From the NCBI GenBank assembly GCA_019744845.1, contig JAIETW010000001.1, positions 354,859-418,858 on the forward strand: DNA of 64,000 nucleotides. The letters are read 5' to 3'. The notes under the pieces were generated by a model. That model ran no database searches. It was not told the origin of the DNA and saw nothing but the letters and a program-made list of their open reading frames with translations. The position numbers and the translations under genes were made by a program. Positions 47,856 to 60,356 of the stretch are shown here, one piece after another. Positions within the stretch are counted from its first letter, which is position 1, and each line of letters begins with the position of its first letter. The DNA comes from Patescibacteria group bacterium. Its GTDB lineage: Bacteria; Patescibacteriota; Minisyncoccia; Phycocordibacterales; Phycocordibacteraceae.

Positions 47856-47882
47856 AAAAGACCGGGTCAAGCCCGGTCTTTT
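47856..47882 (-). terminator. Terminator after rplB
   Basis: AAAAGACCGGG..CCCGGTCTTTT. Confidence 0.88.
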
Positions 47883-47884
47883 GA

Positions 47885-48727
47885 TTAGCCCTTCTTGCCG
47901 ACCTTGCGGCGAGAAACGATGTGCGAGTTGGAGTACTTCTTCGGCGTACGAGTCTTCTGGCCCTTGCCGGTTGGCTTACCCCACATGCTCTTCGCACGGC
48001 GGAGACCACGACCCTGACGTCCTTCACCTCCTCCGTGTGGGTGATCAACGGGGTTCATTGCGGTACCACGAACGGTAGGGCGGATACCCATCCAACGGGA
48101 GCGTCCTGCCTTTCCGAAGTTCACGAGACGTGACTCTTCGTTACCGACCGCACCAATAGATGCCCAACAAAGATCTGAGACCTTGCGCACTTCCGTTGAA
48201 GGAAGCTTCACCTGTGCGTAGCCTGCGTCATGTGCAATGACTTCTGCGTAGTTTCCTGCAGAACGAACGAGGCGAGCACCCGCACCTACCTGAAGTTCAA
48301 TGTTGTACACAAAGGTACCGGTAGGAATCTTTCCAAGAGGAAGGCGGTTACCGACAGACACTGGCGCGTCCTCAGACACGATGAAGTTGTCACCAACCTT
48401 AAGGTCCTTAGGGGCAAGGACGTAACGGCGCTCTCCGTCAGCGTAGACGACACGAGAGACGAAACCGGTGCGGTATGGATCATACTCAACGGTCTCTACA
48501 CGTGCAGGAACATTCTTCTTGTCGTACTTAAAGTCCACATCGCGGAAACGCTTCTTGTGACCTCCTCCCTGGTGACGGGTAGTGACGCGTCCATCAGCAT
48601 TGCGGCCTGCGTTCTGTTTCTTTCCTGCGACAAGACTCTTGAATGGGCGGTCGCCCGAAAGAAGCTTCTTGTACGGAAGCGTGGTCATGTGACGACGGCT
48701 CTTGGTGTATGGCTTGTAGGATTTCAT
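47885..48727 (-). CDS. rplB: 50S ribosomal protein L2
   Basis: GGGHK, EYDP.R, RGTAMNPVDHPHGGGEG. Confidence 0.98.
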   Translation of the reverse strand: MKSYKPYTKSRRHMTTLPYKKLLSGDRPFKSLVAGKKQNAGRNADGRVTTRHQGGGHKKRFRDVDFKYDKKNVPARVETVEYDPYRTGFVSRVVYADGERRYVLAPKDLKVGDNFIVSEDAPVSVGNRLPLGKIPTGTFVYNIELQVGAGARLVRSAGNYAEVIAHDAGYAQVKLPSTEVRKVSDLCWASIGAVGNEESRLVNFGKAGRSRWMGIRPTVRGTAMNPVDHPHGGGEGRQGRGLRRAKSMWGKPTGKGQKTRTPKKYSNSHIVSRRKVGKKG

Positions 48728-48736
48728 GGCAAAATA

Positions 48737-49090
48737 TTAGGCAAGGGTGATGGTGTCGCCCTTCTTCAAGTACACGTATGCCTTGTGGCGGCGTGCGCGA
48801 GTACCAAACCCACGGCGGGTGCGAAGTGCCTTCTTCTTTCCTGGAAGATTCACAATCGCGACCTTGGTAGGAGTCACCTTGTAGAGAGTCTCTACTGCTG
48901 CCTTCACCTGGGTCTTGGTGACCTCGGGTGGTACGGCAAAGACGTAGACACCGCGCTCAGTACCAATGAGTGCTTTCTCGCTCATCCATGGGGCCTTCAG
49001 TACGCCATCCACGCGACCGGAAACCTTCTTCACTACCTTCTTGGTAGCCTTGGTTGCCGTTTTCTTCTTGTTGTCAGAAAAGAGTCCCAT
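48737..49090 (-). CDS. rplW: 50S ribosomal protein L23
   Basis: P..SEKA, KAYV.LKKG. Confidence 0.94.
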   Translation of the reverse strand: MGLFSDNKKKTATKATKKVVKKVSGRVDGVLKAPWMSEKALIGTERGVYVFAVPPEVTKTQVKAAVETLYKVTPTKVAIVNLPGKKKALRTRRGFGTRARRHKAYVYLKKGDTITLA

Positions 49091-49095
49091 ACGAA

Positions 49096-49842
49096 TTATT
49101 TGGATTTGTTCACCTTACCAGAAAGGATAGGAAGTGCCTCCTTCGGGTTCTCAATGATGAGGTAGCGGCGAGTCATCACATCAACCGGGTTAAGGTTGCG
49201 GATCTCTTCGCTCATCACGTTTCCGAGGTTGCGGAAGCTCTTCTTTGCCGCAGCATCGTTTGAAGAGAGCGCGATAAGGGCCGCATTCTTGCGCTTGGAC
49301 ACGAGTCCGACGTTTGCGGCCTTAGAGATAGCCACAAGTGCATTCTTTGCCTCTGCGGTCTTTGGGGTAGAGAACGCGAGCTTCTCAACGAAGATCACCT
49401 CGCCATCCTTAAGCTTGCGAGAAAGCACTGAGAAGAGAGCGGCAGTGCGCATCTTCTTGTTGATCTTCACGGTATAGATACGCTCTGCGCGAGGACCGTG
49501 AGTGGTACCTCCACCAACCCAGATTGGAGAGCGGTTAGAACCGTGACGTGCACGTCCTGTACCCTTCTGCTTCCATGGCTTCTTTCCTCCTCCGGATACT
49601 TCTCCACGGAACTTAGTGTTCGCAACCGTTGGGCGAGCGTTTGCCTGCATACCAACGACCACCTGGTGTACGAGGTCTGCATTCCACTGCACACCGAAAA
49701 GCTCTGCCGGAAGCGCAATCGTTCCTGCCTGTGAGCCATCCATGGCGTAGACCACAGCCTCACCCTTGCCTACCTTAATCTCAGGCGCCTTCTTGGTGCG
49801 AGGTGCTGCCTTCTTTGCGGTTGTCTTTTTGGTAGTAGCCAT
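49096..49842 (-). CDS. rplD: 50S ribosomal protein L4
   Basis: EVSGGGKKPWKQKGTGRARHGS.RSP. Confidence 0.97.
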   Translation of the reverse strand: MATTKKTTAKKAAPRTKKAPEIKVGKGEAVVYAMDGSQAGTIALPAELFGVQWNADLVHQVVVGMQANARPTVANTKFRGEVSGGGKKPWKQKGTGRARHGSNRSPIWVGGGTTHGPRAERIYTVKINKKMRTAALFSVLSRKLKDGEVIFVEKLAFSTPKTAEAKNALVAISKAANVGLVSKRKNAALIALSSNDAAAKKSFRNLGNVMSEEIRNLNPVDVMTRRYLIIENPKEALPILSGKVNKSK

Positions 49843-49850
49843 ACGAAAAT

Positions 49851-50456
49851 TTATGCGGAAATGATTTCCACGAGTGAACCGCGGGTACCTGGAACGGCAC
49901 CAGAGATGATCATCTCGCCAGTCTTAGCATTCACGTGAAGGACCTTAAGGTTGGTGACCGTGACACGATCCCCGCCCATACGTCCTGCCATGCGCATACC
50001 CTTGGCGACACGACCTCCTGCGCGACCACCTCCACCGATAGAACCAGCCTCACGCTCAGAGTGCTTCTGACCGTGTGAGCGGCGACCGCCGTGGAATCCA
50101 TGGCGCTTCACCACACCCGTAAAGCCATGTCCCTTTGAGGTACCGGCAACACGGACGGAGTCTCCTGCGGCGAAGGAATCAAGAGTTATCTCAGAACCAA
50201 TCTCAAAAGAAGAAGGGTCTTCCACACGAAATTCCTTAAGAACCTTAAAGGCCTTCCCGTGCTGAGCCTTGTTAAGACGCTTCTCGGTCTGTACCTCAAA
50301 GCCCACCTGGACGGCTGCGTAACCATCCTTAGCGTCCTTTGCCTTCACCTGAGTGACGACGATAGGACCCGCCTTAAGGACGGTACCTGCATGCACGATA
50401 CCCTGATCATCAAAGATCTGGGTCATGCGGTCTTTGCGGGCAAGGATGAATTTCAT
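49851..50456 (-). CDS. rplC: 50S ribosomal protein L3
   Basis: MTQIF, DGY.AVQ, GF.GVVKRH, GRMG, GAVPG. Confidence 0.97.
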   Translation of the reverse strand: MKFILARKDRMTQIFDDQGIVHAGTVLKAGPIVVTQVKAKDAKDGYAAVQVGFEVQTEKRLNKAQHGKAFKVLKEFRVEDPSSFEIGSEITLDSFAAGDSVRVAGTSKGHGFTGVVKRHGFHGGRRSHGQKHSEREAGSIGGGGRAGGRVAKGMRMAGRMGGDRVTVTNLKVLHVNAKTGEMIISGAVPGTRGSLVEIISA

Positions 50457-50544
50457 GAAATGGAAAACGCGCCTTCAATAGCGCGTAGAGGGTTACCCCT
50501 TTCCGGCCATTGGTCCACCCGAAGGTGTACGTAGCGTTTCAGGG

Positions 50545-50573
50545 ACTATACAGGGATGCTCTTAAAGATGCAA
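50545..50573 (-). promoter_or_regulatory. Promoter upstream of the rplC leader
   Basis: TTGCAT-17 nt-TATAGT. Confidence 0.7.
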
Positions 50574-50574
50574 G

Positions 50575-50997
50575 CTATGGGTGCCTAAAGTCAGAAACAC
50601 CTGTTTTTTCATCATAAATGTGCCCTGAAAGCTGCGTATGAAGCCACGTGTCTGAGTCCGCTTCAAAGCCATGGGCGACTCCTCGTGGAGCTTTCAGAAC
50701 CGTGCCAGGAGCGTATGGAATGCGCTCGTCACCAATAAGTGCGGTACCCGTACCAGTCACTATGGTGAACTCTGAATCCGTCTGGTCGTGGATGTGTGGA
50801 GCGTAGCGTCCACGCGCAAATCCTGCATATTCTTCAACCGTGCCGTCGGCATTCTCTTTAGCAGTGATGAGCACAATGCGTTCGGTGTCCGTTTCAAACA
50901 CATGATGCGGCATACGCGCCACCTCTTCTGGAAGCAGTGCTAGTAGACGACCTGTCTCTACCTCTCGTGTTCCTGTCTGCTTTTCTCCATCTTCCAT
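50575..50997 (-). CDS. Cupin domain protein
   Basis: PHIH....E...G.G, PRGVAHG. Confidence 0.8.
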   Translation of the reverse strand: MEDGEKQTGTREVETGRLLALLPEEVARMPHHVFETDTERIVLITAKENADGTVEEYAGFARGRYAPHIHDQTDSEFTIVTGTGTALIGDERIPYAPGTVLKAPRGVAHGFEADSDTWLHTQLSGHIYDEKTGVSDFRHP

Positions 50998-51009
50998 GTG
51001 AAAATTATA

Positions 51010-51972
51010 CTATTCCTTGGTCGCAAGATACTCCTGTACTCCTGGACGCTTCAAGAACTCCTCAAACATAAGATCTGAAAGTTCTTCTACTGCCTTCAGC
51101 CTGTACGGACGACTCTCTATTTCCTCAATAGCAAGGAGGAGAGTTTTTTTGTCTCCTTTGTGTGGATACCAACGCTCAAGAGGACGCATCAATGCCCCTT
51201 GTCCGATTTCAAGTCCAGGATGGAGTGAAATTCGTGTTGCAGGTTTTTTCTCCGTACGCTTCACAATCATAGACTCCGCACGCTGTGTTATACGATCAAT
51301 CATAAGAGAAAGATCAAACCTTCCTCCTATTTCTTTCAGGAGCGGTTCCATAGACGTCCCCGTCTCTACCGCATCGGTACACACAAGGACATTCTGTGCG
51401 CCTCGTTTTCGTAGCTTCTCTCCTACCTCGTAGGCAAGACGATGTGCCTCTTCGGGAGGAGTAAAGCGCCCTACCGCATACGACAGTACTGGAATATTCT
51501 CTACAGTCGTAGGAGTACTGTGTGTGCGGAGTCGTGTCAGAAACGAACGCATGATCTGTGCAAGGGTCCGACCAGTAACATCTTCAGAGATGATTGTGTC
51601 AGGAAGGCGTCCTTCAATGAGAGACCGCTCAAGCCAGGCTCCGAGCTCTACCATAGGAAGTTCGTGCTCAATTTCACCTGCACGGTAACTCGTCTCGTCA
51701 TCGTGCATCATGATAGATACCGCCTGTTTCGCCATCTCTAACATCTCTGTAAAATACTCCTCGTCTCGCTGTTTAAGTTCTGCGGCAATGGTGTCCGCCG
51801 TCGGTAATTTTCCGCTGAAGAAATCGCGTATGAACTCAAGTGGGTAGGCAGTCCACAGTGATTGCCGTCTCATCTGTGCAATTCCCTTGAGACGCTCTTG
51901 CTCATACGTTCGCCGTTCCTGTTTACGTCGTGCACTCTCTCTCGTCACAGGATTGTTACGTCCTTCACTCAT
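51010..51972 (-). CDS. Orphan protein with degenerate PRTase-like motif
   Basis: VLVCTDAVETGTSM resembles a PRPP-binding loop; TATACT-6nt-ATG. Confidence 0.5.
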   Translation of the reverse strand: MSEGRNNPVTRESARRKQERRTYEQERLKGIAQMRRQSLWTAYPLEFIRDFFSGKLPTADTIAAELKQRDEEYFTEMLEMAKQAVSIMMHDDETSYRAGEIEHELPMVELGAWLERSLIEGRLPDTIISEDVTGRTLAQIMRSFLTRLRTHSTPTTVENIPVLSYAVGRFTPPEEAHRLAYEVGEKLRKRGAQNVLVCTDAVETGTSMEPLLKEIGGRFDLSLMIDRITQRAESMIVKRTEKKPATRISLHPGLEIGQGALMRPLERWYPHKGDKKTLLLAIEEIESRPYRLKAVEELSDLMFEEFLKRPGVQEYLATKE

Positions 51973-51989
51973 ACAAAAAGTATATAACG

Positions 51990-52018
51990 AAAAACCGCCC
52001 CAGAGATGGGGCGGCTTC
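51990..52018 (-). terminator. Terminator after rpsJ
   Basis: CCGCCCC..GGGGCGG followed by a T-run on the minus strand. Confidence 0.85.
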
Positions 52019-52029
52019 TAGAGTGGTCC

Positions 52030-52386
52030 TTAGACCATCTTCACATCAATCGTCACTCCCGATGGAAGGTTGAGGTTCGTGAGAGCCTCAATTACCTTCG
52101 GATTCGGAGAGAGAATATCAATGAGACGTTTGTGGATGCGCATCTCGAACTGCTCACGTGCGTCTTTGTGGACGAACGTAGAACGGTTCACGGTCCAACG
52201 CTTTATTTCAGTAGGAAGTGGAACCGGACCCACGATCTTCGCTTCAAAGCGATTCGCCGTGTCCATGATCTGCTTCACTGAAAGATCGAGAATCTTGTGC
52301 TCGTAGGCGCGGACTCGGATGCGAAGCTTCGGCTCGCTTGGCGCGCCTGCTTCTTTCTTCAGAGTCTTTTTCGCTACGGTTGCCAT
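52030..52386 (-). CDS. rpsJ: 30S ribosomal protein S10
   Basis: GPVPLPT, REQFEMRIHKRLIDI. Confidence 0.97.
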   Translation of the reverse strand: MATVAKKTLKKEAGAPSEPKLRIRVRAYEHKILDLSVKQIMDTANRFEAKIVGPVPLPTEIKRWTVNRSTFVHKDAREQFEMRIHKRLIDILSPNPKVIEALTNLNLPSGVTIDVKMV

Positions 52387-52404
52387 ACGAGTGATACGAA
52401 CGGG

Positions 52405-53601
<1,197 letters not shown>

Positions 53602-53802
53602 ACAATTTGTAAGTTACGTGTAACTAATTATTAATCAGTACCGCTCACCTGTTCTTAAGGAAGACCCCTAAAAACAACCAAGGCGTCGGACGGAATACCC
53701 GCGCGACGCCTTTAAAACCGGTCCTGTTCTGGAGGAACGTTTACAAAGAGCGCCGTACCGCGTTACTCCCTAAACTACAGGCGTGAGCCTTAAAGGTCAA
53801 CC

Positions 53803-54933
53803 CTACGGGCTCGCTGGGGATGATGGGGATAGTACGAAAGGATCTTCATCCGCTGCCTGGTCATTGGGTACGGCTCTAATATCAAACCCTCGGGTACGAT
53901 AGTGAGACACAAGAGATGCATAGGCATCACTTGAAAGAATGGAATCCCAGCTCTCTCCGGCCTCACGTGCCTCCGCGACAAAGCGTGACCAGGCGACTCG
54001 GGCCTCGTCCAGCGTCTGGCCGTTTGTTGCCTGTCCGTACGCAGTCTCATATGCAATGCGTCGTGCCTCTACCGCGCGTGCGACCCGCTCCGCAGTCTCT
54101 GTCTGTCCTTGTGCCCTCAGAAACGCATCCAGGGTCGTCCATCGCGACTCCCCATACATGGCATCTACGATAATCTCATCAGGGTTTTGTGTAAGTCCTT
54201 CTCTGCTGATGACTTCTTCTGGGAGAGTCTCAAGAAAGAGAGCCACCTCAGCAACAGCCTGATTAAGCTCTTCTGCGACGTCTCTATACTCACTCAGCGC
54301 GCGCTCCGTCTCTAAAGGAGAGGTGGGATTAAATTCGTAGTAGTAGGTCAAAAGCTCATCAGTAACGGCATACTCAAGCGTCACGAGATCTGGCGGCGTC
54401 TGGCGGAGATTCCCCCTCAGACCAATGCCATCAAGCATCTGTGGGCCTTCAAGGTCGGTCGCGCTTGGCGGCATGGTAAGTGGGAGGTTCCGTGCAAGGA
54501 GTGCTTCAAAAGCAGGGCCAAGTCGGGCACCAGACCTGCGAAGAGTGTGTGAGGGATGGGTGTGGAGCCACAGAATACGAAGACGTTCGGGCGACTCACC
54601 ACGAGCGAGTGCGTCCTCGTACGCCGCATCTACCGCCTCCGCCATACGCGCATACGACATACTCACGTTCTCCGCACTACGTCGCGTACTGAAAAGAGAA
54701 AAGCGCAGATCCACAAAAGATCCGCCCGTGCCTGTGGAAATATAGAGCGCACTTCCTTCCCGTCGCTCCTGTGACGCAACGCGTTCTAATTCATGCACCC
54801 CTTCTTCCCATGGCGTGCTTGCGCGTATGTTCTGTGCAGCGACCGGAGGCGCCTCAAATGAGACAAGTGCGAGGGCCGCAACTGCCACCATCTCGCGCAA
54901 TGAACGTCTATGCTCTGGTCCTTGATTAATCAT
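53803..54933 (-). CDS. Exported orphan protein with JAB/MPN-like metal motif
   Basis: GPE N-terminus, hydrophobic segment, E...HTHP...PPSATD. Confidence 0.55.
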   Translation of the reverse strand: MINQGPEHRRSLREMVAVAALALVSFEAPPVAAQNIRASTPWEEGVHELERVASQERREGSALYISTGTGGSFVDLRFSLFSTRRSAENVSMSYARMAEAVDAAYEDALARGESPERLRILWLHTHPSHTLRRSGARLGPAFEALLARNLPLTMPPSATDLEGPQMLDGIGLRGNLRQTPPDLVTLEYAVTDELLTYYYEFNPTSPLETERALSEYRDVAEELNQAVAEVALFLETLPEEVISREGLTQNPDEIIVDAMYGESRWTTLDAFLRAQGQTETAERVARAVEARRIAYETAYGQATNGQTLDEARVAWSRFVAEAREAGESWDSILSSDAYASLVSHYRTRGFDIRAVPNDQAADEDPFVLSPSSPASP

Positions 54934-55066
54934 TGACCCCTAGGCGTTCATCCTTTGACGGCATCCCTTCTTCGTTCTCTTCTACCTTGTCTTCACCAGC
55001 GTCATCAATAGGTTCGGGGGCGCCCACGTCCATTCCCATAATATTGTCCCAGCGTTCGTTTGGCAT
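54926..55066 (-). CDS. Small acidic protein (46 aa), not in the ORF track
   Basis: TATACT-6nt-ATG; MPNERWDNIMGMDVGAPEPIDDAGEDKVEENEEGMPSKDERLGVND; stop overlaps the next ATG. Confidence 0.55.
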   Translation of the reverse strand: MPNERWDNIMGMDVGAPEPIDDAGEDKVEENEEGMPSKDERLGVND

Positions 55067-55086
55067 ACGGGTAGTATAATGGAGCT

Positions 55087-55230
55087 ATGCCAAGACAAGA
55101 AGGACCGGAGGCTTTTCATAGCCGGGAAGAAAAAAGACACATACAGCATCGTATAAAAGAGTTCCTGCTACGACGTCGCGAGCGAGAAATACAGAAAATC
55201 AAAGAAAAGAAAGAACGGAAAGAGAAATAA
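55087..55230 (+). CDS. Small basic protein (47 aa), not in the ORF track
   Basis: TATAAT-6nt-ATG; MPRQEGPEAFHSREEKRHIQHRIKEFLLRRREREIQKIKEKKERKEK; ends at a terminator. Confidence 0.55.
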   Translation: MPRQEGPEAFHSREEKRHIQHRIKEFLLRRREREIQKIKEKKERKEK

Positions 55231-55257
55231 AAAAGAGCCGCATTACGCGGCTCTTTT
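55231..55257. terminator. Bidirectional terminator after fusA
   Basis: AAAAGAGCCGC..GCGGCTCTTTT. Confidence 0.88.
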
Positions 55258-55274
55258 CCTGTCCACCCGATTAC

Positions 55275-57422
<2,148 letters not shown>

Positions 57423-57514
57423 ATAGGTAGTGGGTAAATAAAAAGGCGCGTGATGCGTTACTTGAAAGATACTGAAAGTAGACCCAAAAAGCAATGTTAC
57501 GCTAGTATGACCCT

Positions 57515-58189
57515 ATGACTGAACGACCGACAGGCCTTGACCAACACTTGCGAGAGAGGTTGTGGCGCATAGAGGAGAAAGTCCAAGAAGTGCTTCGTAT
57601 ATACCGTCTTCTGAGGGAACGGTTCCAGGCTGATGTAGAAGCTCTTGCTGCTGGACGTGAGAGCAACGATGATGATTCTAGGTACTTCACGCTGGACGAA
57701 AGAGAGAGGAAATACCGCGCAGACCGAGCTGCGTTACAAAAGGAGGCTGCAGCAATGCTCGCTGATGTATTCCACGACCTGACACAGGCCTCTTGGGAAC
57801 ATAGTGATCTTGGAACCTCCGAAAGTTACTCAGCCATGGAAACATTTCACCTCCCGCTCGGTCGTGGGTTCCGACTGCGCTTATACCACGGACGCATGTA
57901 CCCTGTGCGAGATAGAGGGCGCCAATATGCGACCGAACGTTGGAATCTGAGCCTCGACGAAGCTAACGTGCCGTCAAATGACAACGCAGGAAGTACAGAA
58001 GAGGCGTTTGCATATGAAGATGTCCCGAAAGACAACGCTGACTTTCTTATGGGAACCCGCGTCAACTTTGAAACAACGACTGATCGTATGAACATAGACG
58101 ATCTTGCACCCAAGGGAATACTTGCAGGCTTCAAGAAGGCTAGATTTGAACGAGCACTTAAGGAATTCAAACGTACACACGGATTGTAA
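57515..58189 (+). CDS. Orphan protein inserted between rpsG and fusA
   Basis: TAGTAT-6nt-ATG, 224 aa, convergent terminator at 58188-58210. Confidence 0.65.
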   Translation: MTERPTGLDQHLRERLWRIEEKVQEVLRIYRLLRERFQADVEALAAGRESNDDDSRYFTLDERERKYRADRAALQKEAAAMLADVFHDLTQASWEHSDLGTSESYSAMETFHLPLGRGFRLRLYHGRMYPVRDRGRQYATERWNLSLDEANVPSNDNAGSTEEAFAYEDVPKDNADFLMGTRVNFETTTDRMNIDDLAPKGILAGFKKARFERALKEFKRTHGL

Positions 58190-58215
58190 AAACCGCCCTC
58201 TCGGGCGGCTGTGTG

Positions 58216-58680
58216 TTACCAAGCGAAGTGGGCGAAGGCCTTGTTCGCATCCGCCATGCGGTGCATATCGTCCTTCTTCTTGATTGCCTCTCCTTCGTTC
58301 TTTGCTGCGAGGAGAATCTCGTTTGCAAGCTTCTCGGCCATAGGCTTTCCCTTCTTGGCACGAGCGGCATTGATGAGCCAGCGGTAGGCCAAAGAGACAC
58401 GGCGCTGCTGAGGAACCTCGCGAGGCACCTGGTAGTTTGCACCACCAACACGACGAGAGCGGACTTCCATAAGAGGAGAGACGTTGCGGATCGCAGTCTC
58501 AAAGGTCTCAATAGGATCAAGCTCGTTTGCTTTGATGACCTCAAGAGCGGCGTAGACGACACGGCGAGCCGTATCCTTCTTGCCGTCTTTCATAACGGTA
58601 TTGATAAAGCGAGAGATAGCCTCTGACTTGTAGAGGAGATCTGGCTTACGAGGAGCACGTTTCTTAAGTGGACGACGCAT
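58216..58680 (-). CDS. rpsG: 30S ribosomal protein S7
   Basis: EVRSRRVGGANYQVP, ANKAFAHF. Confidence 0.98.
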   Translation of the reverse strand: MRRPLKKRAPRKPDLLYKSEAISRFINTVMKDGKKDTARRVVYAALEVIKANELDPIETFETAIRNVSPLMEVRSRRVGGANYQVPREVPQQRRVSLAYRWLINAARAKKGKPMAEKLANEILLAAKNEGEAIKKKDDMHRMADANKAFAHFAW

Positions 58681-58682
58681 GC

Positions 58683-59093
58683 TTAATTCTTAGGCTTCTT
58701 AGCTCCGTAGCGAGAGCGACCACGGCGACGCTTCTCAATACCGGCGGTATCAAGGCGACCACGGACAATCGTGTACTGGACGCCGATGTCCTTCACACGG
58801 CCACCGCGAAGCATGACCACAGAGTGCTCCTGGAGGTTGTGTCCCTCTCCTGGGATGTAGGCAGTAACCTCCATACCGTTGGTGAGGCGCACACGAGCAA
58901 TCTTACGAATAGCGGAGTTAGGTTTGCGGGGGGTCTTGGTGGTTACCTTCGTGCACACACCGCGCTTGAATGGCGCTGGGTAGAAGGTAGGACGGTTTTC
59001 AAGATGGTTGAAGCCACGACCAAGTGCCACGACCTTAGACTTGCGAGGCGTGTTCTTGCGACGTTTCTTCGTGAGCTGATTTATGGTTGCCAT
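58683..59093 (-). CDS. rpsL: 30S ribosomal protein S12
   Basis: [24 protein letters not shown]; start at 59093. Confidence 0.98.
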   Translation of the reverse strand: MATINQLTKKRRKNTPRKSKVVALGRGFNHLENRPTFYPAPFKRGVCTKVTTKTPRKPNSAIRKIARVRLTNGMEVTAYIPGEGHNLQEHSVVMLRGGRVKDIGVQYTIVRGRLDTAGIEKRRRGRSRYGAKKPKN

Positions 59094-59184
59094 TTGAAAT
59101 GAAAACTCCCCCGTGGGAGCTAGGGCCCAATATATAGGAGAGCCCATAGAAATGCAATAACAAGGACGTATACTGGTCGGTACC

Positions 59185-59637
59185 ATGTCTGAAGGCCCGT
59201 CAAAAACCCCTGAATCCGCCCCCTCTATACCTATGCGGACCATAGAAGAACTGTCCCGTATCGTCCACGATACCCGGGTGGAACTTGCGGCAGAAGAGCC
59301 GTTTGCAGAGGCATTTACCCGCCAAGTACTCAAGAAACACACCGAGCCACGCCAATACCACCGCATACAAGCTCGGATCATGGCCAACGTCGTGAAGAAA
59401 ATCCTAGAGACAGCAGCCGAAGAAGGTCGTGCTGTTGAGCGGGTCCGCCAGGGGAAACCAGGAAAGCCGGCTACTGCCGTAAGTCCGTATGTGTATTCGG
59501 CTCGTGCGCAGGAAGACATTCTCCGCACTGCAATTACACTCCTTTCAAATCCTCCCTCAAGACTGGATCGTCATCCTGAAGGATTCCAAGAAGCGTGGCT
59601 GGAACGTGCACTCCAGAAAATGCGACAGACGGTTTAG
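59185..59637 (+). CDS. Orphan protein with MSEGPS N-terminus
   Basis: 150-aa ORF with TATACT upstream. Confidence 0.6.
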   Translation: MSEGPSKTPESAPSIPMRTIEELSRIVHDTRVELAAEEPFAEAFTRQVLKKHTEPRQYHRIQARIMANVVKKILETAAEEGRAVERVRQGKPGKPATAVSPYVYSARAQEDILRTAITLLSNPPSRLDRHPEGFQEAWLERALQKMRQTV

Positions 59638-60338
59638 AGCACCATCTTTACCTGCTCAAACCAGAATCCATATCCGTCTGAAGAAGGATGGAGCCCATCT
59701 TCCGCAAGATATTTCTTTGGATGCTTTAAGAAGGGATCTTCTTTCGGAGGCAGATAAAGATTTACGTACACGGCCTTTGTTCCCTTCACTGCCTCTGCAA
59801 ATGCATCATGGTATTGAAGGGTAAGGCGAGTGTGCAAGAACCGAACGATGCCCGGAAATATAGTGGCACCACCCACATTCCCTGCCGAAAGCACCACCAC
59901 CTTCTCAGTGTTCGGGAGCGTACCAAGAATACGAGTGAATTCTGGGCCTACTTTCTTGGGATCATTGAACCCAAGAATGTCGTTCCCTCCTATATGAATG
60001 AGAATGAGATCGTACTCAGTACGACCCGCTTGAGAAACCTGTTTCGGGAGATCTTCCACCGCCGCGCCTGATACAGCATGGTTTTCTACGTAGGTTGCAC
60101 CTATATATGCAGCAACGCGGCCTGCCACCGAATCCTCAGGCATCGTTGCACCTACTCCCACTCCCGTAGAGTCCCCAAGCACGAGCATGGTCTTGGTATA
60201 GTCTTCCCCTTCTATACGAAATGGAGCCTCGCGTGCCATCAGCCCCTTTGCGGCTTTTGCCTTGAGGAGTGTGTTAGCGGCAGACGAAAGCACAACGCCG
60301 AGGAGAACGAGTACGATAAGCACAACCCAGATGTTCAT
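59634..60338 (-). CDS. SGNH/GDSL hydrolase
   Basis: LGDST, GGND, DGLHP. Confidence 0.9.
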   Translation of the reverse strand: MNIWVVLIVLVLLGVVLSSAANTLLKAKAAKGLMAREAPFRIEGEDYTKTMLVLGDSTGVGVGATMPEDSVAGRVAAYIGATYVENHAVSGAAVEDLPKQVSQAGRTEYDLILIHIGGNDILGFNDPKKVGPEFTRILGTLPNTEKVVVLSAGNVGGATIFPGIVRFLHTRLTLQYHDAFAEAVKGTKAVYVNLYLPPKEDPFLKHPKKYLAEDGLHPSSDGYGFWFEQVKMVL

Positions 60339-60356
60339 AGAGATATGATAGCGCAC

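Noticed and set aside
48230-49165. Long + strand ORFs antisense to ribosomal and other core genes (also 19594-20214, 37499-38161, 62903-63769)
   Set aside because: Shadow frames of well-identified genes, with no motifs of their own
59094-59528. 281-aa S12 with a long N-terminal extension
   Set aside because: Canonical MATINQL starts at 59093 with a promoter just upstream; the extension is antisense to the 59185 ORF
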